From Bacilli bacterium (GTDB lineage Bacteria; Bacillota_I; Bacilli_A; ML615J-28; CAG-313), in NCBI GenBank assembly GCA_017398545.1, contig JAFQFT010000021.1:2094-66093 (forward strand): a stretch of DNA of 64,000 nucleotides, read 5' to 3'. The stretch's first letter is position 1, and every line of letters begins with the position of its first letter. The position numbers and the translations under genes were made by a program. Below the pieces are notes generated by a model. That model was not told the origin of the DNA. It saw only the letters and a program-made list of their open reading frames with translations, and searched no databases. Below, piece by piece: positions 30,803 to 40,251 of the stretch.

Positions 30803-31304
30803 ATATCGCAACTACTTCAGCCTTTACCCACTCATCATATTTTTGTTGTAGTAATAAAAAGTCACAACAAGAATAATTTAAAACATGGTTTTTATTACAA
30901 CCTATTTTATAAATGTTTTGTGCTTTTTGAAGTATTATTTTTTCATTTTTTTGACAAAATTTTAATTCTATCTTTAATAAATATGCATACGCTTGATCCG
31001 TTTTTCGTATGTTTGCAAGCTTCTTAATAGTTACTAAATTAGATGGTACAGGAAACATAAAACAAAATTTAAGTGAAGCTATTGCTCTTCCATTTGTATC
31101 TTCAATAAGCATACTAGTTTGTTTTCTACTAATATCAGATGATATTGGAACAAAATAATCATACTTATCTATTTTCAAAACAATACCACACACAAATTTA
31201 TTATTAGTATTATATTTAATTTGTGGGACTCTAGTATCAAATTTTCTCAAAAAATTTGCATAAGAAATATCTACATCATAAAAATTTAACATTGGTACCT
31301 CCAT
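30801..31304 (-). CDS. toxN: ToxN/AbiQ-family type III toxin endoribonuclease
   Basis: It aligns block by block with ToxN/AbiQ as I remember them: NFYDVD.SYANFLRKFD.RVP, CGIVLKIDKYDYFVPISS, LKFCFMFPV, CDFLLLQQKYDEW. The real start is probably the second ATG at 31292 (MLNFYD...), which has a perfect GGAGG 5 nt upstream. Confidence 0.85.
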   Translation of the reverse strand: MEVPMLNFYDVDISYANFLRKFDTRVPQIKYNTNNKFVCGIVLKIDKYDYFVPISSDISRKQTSMLIEDTNGRAIASLKFCFMFPVPSNLVTIKKLANIRKTDQAYAYLLKIELKFCQKNEKIILQKAQNIYKIGCNKNHVLNYSCCDFLLLQQKYDEWVKAEVVAI

Positions 31305-31326
31305 ATTGATTATAATAATATTTTAT

Positions 31327-31390
31327 AAAAAACAAAAAAAGTCCTACTCATACCTTAGTTTTATTAACAAACTAGAGTATGAATAAGACT
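31327..31390 (-). terminator. Rho-independent terminator/attenuator between repeat array and toxN
   Basis: Minus strand has AGTCTTATTCATAC...GTATGAGTAGGACT (14 bp including 2 G-U pairs), followed by TTTTTTTGTTTTTT. Confidence 0.6.
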
Positions 31391-31487
31391 GTGAGTGTTT
31401 GTTTATTTATAAATAAATTATATCAAATTTTTTAAAAAAAGTAAAGAGAAAAAATAAACATTAAAAATATTAAAATTATAAAATAGA

Positions 31488-31510
31488 CAAAAAAGGTGAC
31501 ATATGTCACC
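31488..31510 (-). terminator. Short terminator hairpin at the 3' end of the repeat array
   Basis: Perfect palindrome GGTGACATATGTCACC followed on the minus strand by TTTTTTG. Its 5' arm overlaps the last repeat. Confidence 0.5.
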
Positions 31511-31630
31511 TCTTGAATTAAAGACCACACTTTCGGTGGTGGGACACCTTGAATTAAGACCACGCTTTCGGTGGTGGGACACCTTGAATTAAGACCACAC
31601 TTTCGGTGGTGGGATACCTTGAATTAAGAA
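31507..31630 (-). ncRNA. toxI: ToxI/antiQ-like antitoxin RNA: ~3.4 head-to-tail repeats of 35 nt
   Basis: The plus-strand unit is CACCTTGAATTAAGACCAC(A/G)CTTTCGGTGGTGGGA. Units at 31545-31579 and 31580-31614 differ by 1 nt. There is also a degenerate 38-nt unit at 31507-31544 and a partial unit at 31615-31630. Each unit can form an ACCAC/GTGGT hairpin. The array lies upstream of toxN on the same strand. Confidence 0.8.
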
Positions 31631-31658
31631 TTCTAATATTAAGAATTCCTACATCTAT

Positions 31659-31687
31659 ATTATAACTAAAAATATTCTAAAAGTCAA
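31659..31687 (-). promoter_or_regulatory. Sigma-70-type promoter of the toxI-toxN unit
   Basis: Minus strand reads TTGACT (31682-31687), 17-nt spacer, TATAAT (31659-31664), immediately upstream of the repeat array. Confidence 0.65.
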
Positions 31688-31820
31688 TAGTTTTATTAAA
31701 TATTTTATTAAAGAATTCTATAATATTTTAGTTACACTAATAGTATATGTTAGGGTTTTAAAATTATACCCAATAAAAAATTTTAAAAATAATCTATTTA
31801 ATGTTTTTACTGCATCTTTT

Positions 31821-33074
31821 TTATTCTTCTTTGTAGTTCCAATTAACTATACAATTAACATCTGCCCATTCATTGTCCCAACCATCAGGTTTTGACTCTA
31901 CTTTACAATTAATAACTAAATTTTCAATATTTTTAAAAGCAGTAGGTCCAATTGTAGTTACGCTACTAGGAATTACTATTTCAGATAGTGATGTACAAGC
32001 AGAGAAACATAATTGACCAATACTTTGTAATCCTTCGTGTAATATAACTTGTTTTAAATTCTTACAAGAATTAAAAGCATAATTTTCTAAAATTTCACAG
32101 TTTGCAGGAATCTCAATACTTTCTAAATTGCTACATCCTATAAATGCACCACCTTCTATCTTTTTTACTGTAGAAGGAATATTAATTTGTTTAATACCAG
32201 ACCCGTCAAAACATGCTTTCGGAATAACACTTATACCTTCTGGTAAAGTTAATTTTTCCAACTTCCTAGTGTTTAAAAAAGAAAACTCACCCAATTCTTT
32301 AACAGTATTTGGAATTTCTAATTTTTCAAGATTTTTACAATATAAAAAAGCAGATTCTCCAATTTTTGTTATACCTTCTGGCAGTGTAACTTCTTTAAGG
32401 CTTTCACATGAATTAAATAATTTATCTTCTATTACAGTTAATCCTTTTGGTAATTCAACTCTCTCTAGACTACCACAATGTTCAAATGCACCACTTCCAA
32501 TTTTTTTAACATTATCTGCAATTTTAATTGTTTTAATCCAGTAATGATATCTAAAAGCATTAGATGCGATCTCAACTATTGGTAAACCTTCATATTCTAA
32601 TCCTATTAACAACTCAGTTGACGAACTCTCATATGCTCCAACAACAATATATCCATCACATGCTTCATTTAATTCATATACCAGTTCATAAGAAGAAGTT
32701 AATTTAGGCGAAACACCTTGTTCTTGAACAATATTATTACATTTCGAACACTTGATTTCATCATAAATACCTTCTTCATAAAAAGTAGCTGGGATACCTT
32801 TTTTAGTTACTACTTCTTCATGTTCTTCTAATTCTAATTCTTTTGTTTCTTTGTAACTACATCCTGTGCACTTTCTTTGTTTAGTCCCCGGAACAATACA
32901 AGTTGATTCTTTTATAACTGTCCATTCATTTAACTTATGTTTTTCTTTGTTTATAATTTCTCCATTTTCACTTACTTCCCAGTGATATGTATCATCATGC
33001 TTAATGTTACTGTTTGTACAAGAATTAAGGCATAATATCATTATAAAAATAAAAATATAATAAAATCTTTTCAT
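31821..33074 (-). CDS. Lipoprotein with N-terminal Cys-rich modules and BspA-type leucine-rich repeats
   Basis: Lipobox (CLNS|C). Modules EWTVIKESTC...CTGC and CSKC. C-terminal ~23-aa repeats (I...AF..C..L..I.IP..V..IG..AF) typical of BspA-like LRR. Confidence 0.7.
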   Translation of the reverse strand: MKRFYYIFIFIMILCLNSCTNSNIKHDDTYHWEVSENGEIINKEKHKLNEWTVIKESTCIVPGTKQRKCTGCSYKETKELELEEHEEVVTKKGIPATFYEEGIYDEIKCSKCNNIVQEQGVSPKLTSSYELVYELNEACDGYIVVGAYESSSTELLIGLEYEGLPIVEIASNAFRYHYWIKTIKIADNVKKIGSGAFEHCGSLERVELPKGLTVIEDKLFNSCESLKEVTLPEGITKIGESAFLYCKNLEKLEIPNTVKELGEFSFLNTRKLEKLTLPEGISVIPKACFDGSGIKQINIPSTVKKIEGGAFIGCSNLESIEIPANCEILENYAFNSCKNLKQVILHEGLQSIGQLCFSACTSLSEIVIPSSVTTIGPTAFKNIENLVINCKVESKPDGWDNEWADVNCIVNWNYKEE

Positions 33075-33084
33075 ATAAACTCCT

Positions 33085-33576
33085 TTAACTTATTTTCTTA
33101 TAAATTTTATTAGATACATCTACAATATCAAAATAATATTTAATATCTGTTTCTTCATATTCATTATCACCATAAAAAGGACTTGGATATGAATACCAAT
33201 AATAAATAGATTTTTCACTTCCTAAATAAAAGTATGAACGATAACCAATCGTATTTTTCCCCTCAGCTATTTTCGCATAACATAATCTCACATTTTTCTT
33301 GAAAAAATCCTTATCTTCACTTTGATTACTTGCATCTATATCTTTACTTGATACATTTCCATAAAATAAAATATAATCCTCATAATTATCAAAAACTATA
33401 TACTTACCTTTACTTTGAATATTATATTTTTTACATAAATAATCATATTGTTCTTTAGTAACTTCACATGATTCGCTCTCTAACCCGATTTGTCCTGATT
33501 GTCTATCAAAATAACTACAACTACATAATACAAGACTATATGTTAATAATACAACAAAGAATAATAATTTTCTCAT
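33085..33576 (-). CDS. Hypothetical lipoprotein
   Basis: Signal peptide plus lipobox (LVL|C). No other motif. Confidence 0.45.
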   Translation of the reverse strand: MRKLLFFVVLLTYSLVLCSCSYFDRQSGQIGLESESCEVTKEQYDYLCKKYNIQSKGKYIVFDNYEDYILFYGNVSSKDIDASNQSEDKDFFKKNVRLCYAKIAEGKNTIGYRSYFYLGSEKSIYYWYSYPSPFYGDNEYEETDIKYYFDIVDVSNKIYKKIS

Positions 33577-33697
33577 TTAATTTCTCCCTTAATGATTTAT
33601 TTATAACTGCTTATATTATACATAATATAATTTGTTTTGTCAATGTATAAAAACAATCAAAACTTAAACGAATTTTTATATTATCAAAATAAAAAAT

Positions 33698-33727
33698 ATG
33701 AATCGTTTTACTATAAAAACGATTCAT
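33698..33727. terminator. Bidirectional hairpin terminator
   Basis: 12-bp stem ATGAATCGTTTT/AAAACGATTCAT, flanked by A-run and T-run. Lies downstream of the 33745-34884 gene. Confidence 0.6.
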
Positions 33728-33744
33728 TTATTTTTAATTAAAAT

Positions 33745-34884
33745 TTACTTATTTACAATTAATTCTAATATTTTTTTAAAATGTTGCATTATCTCGAAAT
33801 TTAAAAGCTCATATAAATCATTTTTTCTTTTCTTAGATAAGAATTTATCTAATAAAATTATAATTGTAGAATATTCTTCATCTAACTGATCAACTTCTAA
33901 TTCCTTATAAAAATCATTATATTTCGTTAAATCTTTTTCAATTATCCCTTTTTCATGTAATGCTACTAATAAACACAATATTATAGTTAATGTTAAAGAA
34001 TCATAACCACTATATCTTTTCAATATATTATCATATTCTTTTTTACCAAGCGTTGAAATTGCTAAAAACTTATTACAAGTGTCTATTAAAAAGTCATTAT
34101 TTAAAGATAAAGATTCTAAAGATTTTAATTGTTTAAAAGCAATAATATAACATTCTTCAAAATTACCTACATGGATTAATGAACTCATAATTGTATTATT
34201 TAAATATAAAATTCTATTTACATTACCATCTTGATATAATTTTTCTTTACATTTTTCAGCAAAAAACAATGTTTCAATATAGCGCTTATTCATATAACTT
34301 CTACTAGCTAAGATAAAATAAGCTGGTGCGTTATTATAGTTTTTAACCCAACAATCTTCTTTAATATTTTTTTCAAAACTTAAATATATTAATTCATATA
34401 CTTCTAATAATGAATTATTAAAAAACAAAGTATACATTTTTATATGATTAAATAGTTGTTCATTACTAGAGATAATTACTGATATACTATCATTTGAACT
34501 AATTTTTAAAAATAATTTTGCAAGTTCTAATATTGGATAAATTATATAATTTTCTTTTAATAAATTTTCTATAGTTTCAAGATATAAATCATACGAATTA
34601 TAGTTTTTATAATACATATCATAATATATATTATTAAACAAGTCTTCTATTTTATCAATTAGCTTTATAGAAGGAACCTTTAGTGAAAACATATTAGCTA
34701 AAGATTTAATTATCTTACTACCGATTTTACATTCACTTTTTCTGCATTGTCTATATGTACTTGGAGTAATGTTATTATCTAGTAAGAAATTCTCCTTTTT
34801 TATTTCTTTTTCTTTAAAATAAATATCAAAAAAATTAAAATAAATTTGTGTTAACTTATAATTTGACAAATCAATTTTTTTCAT
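33745..34884 (-). CDS. Putative regulator with degenerate N-terminal HTH and helical-repeat (TPR/RNPP-like) C-domain
   Basis: The segment ITPSTYRQCRKSECKIGSKIIKSLANMFSL resembles an XRE-type HTH. The remaining ~300 aa are helical-repeat-like. This is similarity by eye only. Confidence 0.3.
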   Translation of the reverse strand: MKKIDLSNYKLTQIYFNFFDIYFKEKEIKKENFLLDNNITPSTYRQCRKSECKIGSKIIKSLANMFSLKVPSIKLIDKIEDLFNNIYYDMYYKNYNSYDLYLETIENLLKENYIIYPILELAKLFLKISSNDSISVIISSNEQLFNHIKMYTLFFNNSLLEVYELIYLSFEKNIKEDCWVKNYNNAPAYFILASRSYMNKRYIETLFFAEKCKEKLYQDGNVNRILYLNNTIMSSLIHVGNFEECYIIAFKQLKSLESLSLNNDFLIDTCNKFLAISTLGKKEYDNILKRYSGYDSLTLTIILCLLVALHEKGIIEKDLTKYNDFYKELEVDQLDEEYSTIIILLDKFLSKKRKNDLYELLNFEIMQHFKKILELIVNK

Positions 34885-34915
34885 ATATATGGTTTCCTCC
34901 TATAAACAATTATTT

Positions 34916-36274
34916 TTAATTTTTTAAACTATTTAAAGGTGATGGAACTTGACCTCCACGATCAATAAAGATATCAGGTTTAACTTTAGAAATACTCATA
35001 ATTGGCGCATATCCTAAAAGTCCTCCAAAGTTAAGAACATCAGTATCTTTTTTACCTATTGCAGGAATGACTCTTACAGCAGTAGTTTTAGAGTTTATCA
35101 TACCAATTGCAGCTTCATCTGCGATAAGTGCAGAAAGTACTTTTGCAGATGTGTCCCCTGGTACTACAATCATATCAAGGCCTACACTACATACAGCAGT
35201 CATTGCTTCTAGTTTTTCTAGTTTTAATGCACCACTTTTTGCAGCAGCAATCATACCAGCATCTTCACTTACTGGAATAAATGCACCAGAAAGCCCTCCT
35301 ACTCTACTTGATGCCATTACCCCACCTTTTTTAACAGCATCATTTAGTATTGCAAGACAAGCAGTTGTTCCACAACCACCACATTGTTCTAACCCCATTT
35401 CTTCTAAGATATGAGCAACAGAATCACCTATTGCAGGTGTTGGTGCAAGTGACAAGTCAACAATACCAAATGGAACACCTAACATTTTTGATGCTTCTAC
35501 TCCAACAAGTTGTCCCATACGTGTTACTTTAAATGCTGTCTTTTTAATCATCTCTGCAACTTCCGCAATACTTGCATCTTTTGAAAGCCTGCTAATTGCA
35601 CTTCTAACTACACCAGGACCAGATACACCTACATTAATAACACAATCTGCTTCTCCAACACCATGGAATGCTCCTGCCATAAATGGATTGTCTTCAACAG
35701 CATTACAGAATACTACAAGTTTTGCAGCACCTGAACAATTATCATCTTTAGTAAGTGTTGCAGCTTCTATTATTTTTTCTCCCATTAATTTAACTGCATC
35801 TAAATTAATACCTGCACGAGTTGAACCAATATTTACACTTGAACAAAGTTTTGATGTTACAGATAGTGCAACTGGTATAGAATTAATTAATTCTTTGTCT
35901 CCTGGTGCAAAGCCTTTTTGTACTAATGCACTAAATCCTCCAATAAAATCTATACCAATATCATTTGCAACTTTATCAAGAGTTTTTGCATAAAGAACAG
36001 GATCTCCCCCACTTACTCCTACAAGCATTGAAATAGGTGTAACAGCTACTCTTTTATTTACAATTGGAATACCATATTTTTTTGAAATATCATTTCCTAC
36101 TTTTACTAAATCTTTAGCGCATCTATATATTTTATTATAAACTTTTTCACAAGATTTATATATATCTGTATCCATACAATCAATTAAAGAAATACCCATT
36201 GTAATTGTTCTTACATCTAGGTTTTGTTCTTTAATCATTTGAATAGTTTCTAATATTTCTCTTTTATTGTACAT
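34916..36274 (-). CDS. UPF0210 (DUF711, 'PFL-like') family protein
   Basis: The N-terminus [25 protein letters not shown] and the 452-aa length are typical of UPF0210. It is paired with the usual upstream ACT-domain gene. Confidence 0.75.
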   Translation of the reverse strand: MYNKREILETIQMIKEQNLDVRTITMGISLIDCMDTDIYKSCEKVYNKIYRCAKDLVKVGNDISKKYGIPIVNKRVAVTPISMLVGVSGGDPVLYAKTLDKVANDIGIDFIGGFSALVQKGFAPGDKELINSIPVALSVTSKLCSSVNIGSTRAGINLDAVKLMGEKIIEAATLTKDDNCSGAAKLVVFCNAVEDNPFMAGAFHGVGEADCVINVGVSGPGVVRSAISRLSKDASIAEVAEMIKKTAFKVTRMGQLVGVEASKMLGVPFGIVDLSLAPTPAIGDSVAHILEEMGLEQCGGCGTTACLAILNDAVKKGGVMASSRVGGLSGAFIPVSEDAGMIAAAKSGALKLEKLEAMTAVCSVGLDMIVVPGDTSAKVLSALIADEAAIGMINSKTTAVRVIPAIGKKDTDVLNFGGLLGYAPIMSISKVKPDIFIDRGGQVPSPLNSLKN

Positions 36275-36285
36275 AGCAACACCTT

Positions 36286-36555
36286 TTAAATCTTATGCAT
36301 CATATTAAAGATTTCTTCATGCATTACATGAATTTCTAAATTCTTTTCTTTTCCAAGATTTACAAGTACATCAACAAAATCATTAAATTCAATTGATAAA
36401 TTATCAATGTTTATAAACATAAACATTGCAAAGTATTCATTAATAACAGTTTGTGATACATCAATAACATTCGCATTATATTCTGCACATTTAACAGAAA
36501 CACTTGCTAAAATTCCAACGGTATCTTTTCCAACAACAGATAAAATTGCATTCAT
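36286..36555 (-). CDS. ACT-domain protein (UPF0237 family)
   Basis: 89 aa. The [17 protein letters not shown] pattern fits an ACT fold. It shows the conserved pairing with UPF0210. Confidence 0.7.
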   Translation of the reverse strand: MNAILSVVGKDTVGILASVSVKCAEYNANVIDVSQTVINEYFAMFMFINIDNLSIEFNDFVDVLVNLGKEKNLEIHVMHEEIFNMMHKI

Positions 36556-36665
36556 AGTATTCTAGTCCTCTCTTGTTTTTTACTATATTATACACTTTAT
36601 AATTTATTTTTGTCTATTAGTTTGGTTATTTTATATTTTTTTGTTTAACGAAAATTTCATATTGA

Positions 36666-36700
36666 AAGAGGGTGTTAGTATAACACCCTCTTAATTTTTT
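36666..36700. terminator. Hairpin terminator downstream of the 36716-39559 gene
   Basis: 12-bp stem AAGAGGGTGTTA/TAACACCCTCTT, with T-rich flanks on both strands. Confidence 0.5.
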
Positions 36701-36715
36701 AATACTAAAGTTAGT

Positions 36716-39559
36716 CTATTTAGCTACATAATATAAGTCATTAGTAAGTGTAACGCTTGTTGTTGTAACACTAACTGTTGTACTTGGATAAGCAGTATTG
36801 TTATATGCTAGTACTCTATAGTTTTGACTTGACTTAGTAATTTTAAGTACAGCTACTACATTTCCATTAGAAGTAACGGTTAAATATGAACCAATACTAG
36901 GTGCTCCTGGTGTTGTAGCAGATACTGTGTTACCACTTGAAGCAGTAGGTTTTGCATTCATTCCTGAACATCCCACCGCAAGAAGTAATCCACCACTAAA
37001 TGAGAATGTACAGTTTCTATCACCATAGTCAATTACACCATTACCACCATTAGTAGGACCAAGTGCTAAAACTACACCAGCAGTCATATATATATTACCA
37101 TTAGAGTCAATTCCGTCTCCACCTGCATCTAGGTAAACAGTACTACCATGAAAGTATAAAGTAGTTTTAGCATTTATTGCATCATCTGATGATTTAATTT
37201 GAACTGTTCCACCTTTAAAGTATATATAATTTCCTTCTAATCCTTCATATGTATTTGAAATAATAACACTACCACCATCTACAGTTAATGTACCATCAGC
37301 ATGAAGTCCATCATCATCAGAATATACTGTTACATTACCACCACTTATTGTAAGGCTTGCAACTCCATAATTTCCAGTTCCAAGTAATACATCACTATTT
37401 GTATGAATACCATCATCATGACTCTTAATATTAATAGTTCCGCCATTAATTAAAATAGAATTATCTGCTTTAATACCTTTACAAGAATATTCTGCTTTAT
37501 TGGAATTTCCATCTTGTGTTCCTCCCATTCCACCAGTTGGAGAATTATAGTTTTCCCATGATCCAGATAGTCTTGAACTTGCTGCGCTATTTACATAATA
37601 TGTATCATAACTTGCAGGGATTGTCATTTGATCTGTTGCGTAGGCGTAACTTGTACTTTGACCCTGTGTTTGACTAGAATTATACGCAAAGAATTTTACA
37701 TAACTTGACCCACTTGGAACATCAAATTTATAATATTTTTTACCATTTGCTGAAACATATGTTCCGTTTACAAATGTAGTTTTATTATCTTCTGATATAA
37801 ACATTGCAGAGTATTTTGAAATACTTGAAAGTCCACTTGCACGAGATGAAATTCTTAAATACATTGTTGATGTTGAGTTTACTGTAACATCACCTGAATA
37901 TGTTGAATACTTTTCAGTATATATATTAATTGTTCCACCTTCAATGATACAATCATATGCTGCATCTATTCCATCACAAGCTGCATATAAGTCAAGTGTT
38001 CCATCAATTATTGTAATAATACCACGTTGATTACCTTTACTAGAAATATCTGAGTTTTCTGTTTTTAAAGCATCGCCACTTGATGAAATTGCTTTAATAG
38101 TACCTGATTCAATTGTAAGAGAATCATTCCCTTTAAGTGCATTATTAGGAGCATTAACTTCTAATGTAAGATTTTTAATGTTTAAATCTTTTGTAGTTGC
38201 GATACCATTATTATAAGTTGAAGTAACTTCTAAATAACCTTTACCTTTAATATCTAAGTCTACAAGTGAATAAATAGCACCACCAACTGCATCAGTAGTT
38301 GTAGCAGTTCTTTTATCATATATATAATTTAATGTATCTGATTTTGCTGAAATATCAACTTCATTACCACTTTCTATATATATAGGATTTGTAGTTGTAG
38401 ATGTTATTTTTACACCACGAAGATTTATTATAGCACTTTCTTCTTCACCAAGAGCTATTAAAATAGAACCTTCATTAATTTCACCTACTATATCGTACTC
38501 ACCTGCAAGTGTAATAATAACTTCACTACCATTAACTACAACACCACCATTATTATTAGATATTGTAATAATATCATTACTTAAAACTATTGTTGTTGGA
38601 AGAGTTTCATCATATCCCTCGCCTGCTTCTAAAACTTTTTGATATGAATGATTACAATTACTACAAGTATATTCAATATAACCATTTTCACCATTTGTTG
38701 GATAAACAGTCTTAGTTACTTTATAATCATGTTCAAGTGCAGGAAGTTTTGTTTGTTCTTTAATAACGTAATCACATTTACTACACTTAACACCATCAGT
38801 AAGACCTTCTTCTTCACAATTAGCAGGAGTGCCTGGTACTACTTCTTCAGTATGAGGAAGTTTTTCTAATGATTTAATTTCAAGTTCAGCCTCACACACT
38901 GTACAAACTTTATGAGCACTACCAAATGACGTGCATGTTGCTTCAAGTGTTGTTATCCAGTCACTTTCAGTATGTCCATTATCACATAAAGAACCGGATT
39001 CATTTTGCTTTTCATATGAATCACCACAGTGACATTTATAAACAAGTACTAATTCAGTAGATAATTCTTCATCAATTAAATAATTATGTCCAGGAGATGG
39101 GATTAAAGTTGGTTCAGATAAATGAGCATCACAGACTGAACAAATAGTATAACTAGTAAATCCATCTTCAGTGCATGTCGCATTAAGACCACTTATAATT
39201 TCTTCTTTATGATCTTTATAATATATTTGTGCAGTTGTAATAATTTCATTACACACAGTACATACCTTTTGTTTAGATCCAAGTGTTGTACAAGTTGAAT
39301 CTTGGATAATTATCCAATCAGAACTTTCAGTATGATCAGTAGTTGGGATATTAGCTGTCGTAATTATTTCATTACATTTTTTACATACTTGTTGTTTTAT
39401 ACCTACTTCACTACAAGTAGACTCTTTAACAACAACCCATTCAAGTTCTCCATGAAGTCCATTTTTACATTTATCTTCAAATAGTTGTTTATCTTTACAT
39501 CCTACTATAAATACTAGTGATAAACATAACACAAAAGTTAATAAAATCTTTTTAATCAT
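36716..39559 (-). CDS. Large lipoprotein: N-terminal Cys/His-rich modules + Cthe_2159-like beta-helix (carbohydrate-binding-type) domain
   Basis: Lipobox (FIVG|C). About six H..W.....TC...G....C..C modules. The C-terminal half has recurring GG.I.I.S.DDGI(H/D) turns (IKSHDDGIHT, VYSDDDGLHA, IKSSDDAINA, AGGDGIDS), as in Cthe_2159-family beta-helix proteins. Confidence 0.6.
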   Translation of the reverse strand: MIKKILLTFVLCLSLVFIVGCKDKQLFEDKCKNGLHGELEWVVVKESTCSEVGIKQQVCKKCNEIITTANIPTTDHTESSDWIIIQDSTCTTLGSKQKVCTVCNEIITTAQIYYKDHKEEIISGLNATCTEDGFTSYTICSVCDAHLSEPTLIPSPGHNYLIDEELSTELVLVYKCHCGDSYEKQNESGSLCDNGHTESDWITTLEATCTSFGSAHKVCTVCEAELEIKSLEKLPHTEEVVPGTPANCEEEGLTDGVKCSKCDYVIKEQTKLPALEHDYKVTKTVYPTNGENGYIEYTCSNCNHSYQKVLEAGEGYDETLPTTIVLSNDIITISNNNGGVVVNGSEVIITLAGEYDIVGEINEGSILIALGEEESAIINLRGVKITSTTTNPIYIESGNEVDISAKSDTLNYIYDKRTATTTDAVGGAIYSLVDLDIKGKGYLEVTSTYNNGIATTKDLNIKNLTLEVNAPNNALKGNDSLTIESGTIKAISSSGDALKTENSDISSKGNQRGIITIIDGTLDLYAACDGIDAAYDCIIEGGTINIYTEKYSTYSGDVTVNSTSTMYLRISSRASGLSSISKYSAMFISEDNKTTFVNGTYVSANGKKYYKFDVPSGSSYVKFFAYNSSQTQGQSTSYAYATDQMTIPASYDTYYVNSAASSRLSGSWENYNSPTGGMGGTQDGNSNKAEYSCKGIKADNSILINGGTINIKSHDDGIHTNSDVLLGTGNYGVASLTISGGNVTVYSDDDGLHADGTLTVDGGSVIISNTYEGLEGNYIYFKGGTVQIKSSDDAINAKTTLYFHGSTVYLDAGGDGIDSNGNIYMTAGVVLALGPTNGGNGVIDYGDRNCTFSFSGGLLLAVGCSGMNAKPTASSGNTVSATTPGAPSIGSYLTVTSNGNVVAVLKITKSSQNYRVLAYNNTAYPSTTVSVTTTSVTLTNDLYYVAK

Positions 39560-39570
39560 TTTTATACCTC

Positions 39571-40251
39571 TTACAGCATATTTTCGTTATATGAATCATC
39601 AAATAATGAAATTTCTAAATTACCATTCCTTATTCTAAGTTCATCAATAAATTCTTTTTCTAACTTTATATCTTTTAAAACAACACGATAAGTTAGTTTA
39701 AACATACTTCCCATATTAACTGACTTTACTGCAAGTTTTTCACATGAAATAGTATACTTATTAAATACATCTTCAAATATAGTATAATAATTTAGCATTT
39801 CTGGAACTGTAACTTTAAGAATCATTTCTTTTTTATTTGTCTTAGTAAATAAATTTGTTGTATTTAAAATTAATAATAATCCACTTCCAATTAATGAAAA
39901 GAATAATGCATATTCAATATTATATGTTTGCCATGAAGCAAGTGTCACACCTGTAACCATTGAAATAAAGATTGCAGTAATCTCTTTACCAGTACCAGGA
40001 ACTGATCTAAATCTAACAAGTGTAAAAGCACCTGCAACCGCAACTGCAACTCCGATATTATTATTAACTAGAAGCACTATCATACATACCGCAACAGGTA
40101 ATAATATTAATGTTGTAACAAAGCTTTTGGTATATCTATTTTTAACTGTATATACAAATGCTTGTAAAAAACCAAGCACAATAGCAAATACCATACATAT
40201 AAAAAAGTATGTCATATCATTAGTACTATTTTTTAAATAATCACTAAGCAT
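39571..40251 (-). CDS. DUF4956-family membrane protein
   Basis: Multiple TM helices, the LVRFRS motif, and the customary position next to a VTC-domain gene. Confidence 0.6.
   Translation of the reverse strand: MLSDYLKNSTNDMTYFFICMVFAIVLGFLQAFVYTVKNRYTKSFVTTLILLPVAVCMIVLLVNNNIGVAVAVAGAFTLVRFRSVPGTGKEITAIFISMVTGVTLASWQTYNIEYALFFSLIGSGLLLILNTTNLFTKTNKKEMILKVTVPEMLNYYTIFEDVFNKYTISCEKLAVKSVNMGSMFKLTYRVVLKDIKLEKEFIDELRIRNGNLEISLFDDSYNENML

Noticed and set aside
31507-31630. The 35-nt repeat cluster could be a small CRISPR array.
   Set aside because: The units are directly head-to-tail with no spacers, no cas genes are present, and the adjacent ORF is ToxN/AbiQ-like. A type III antitoxin RNA array explains it fully.
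33698-33889. A 63-aa plus-strand ORF overlaps the 3' end of the 33745-34884 gene.
   Set aside because: It starts inside a terminator hairpin and overlaps a better-supported gene. Its composition is low-complexity (I/F/K/N-rich).
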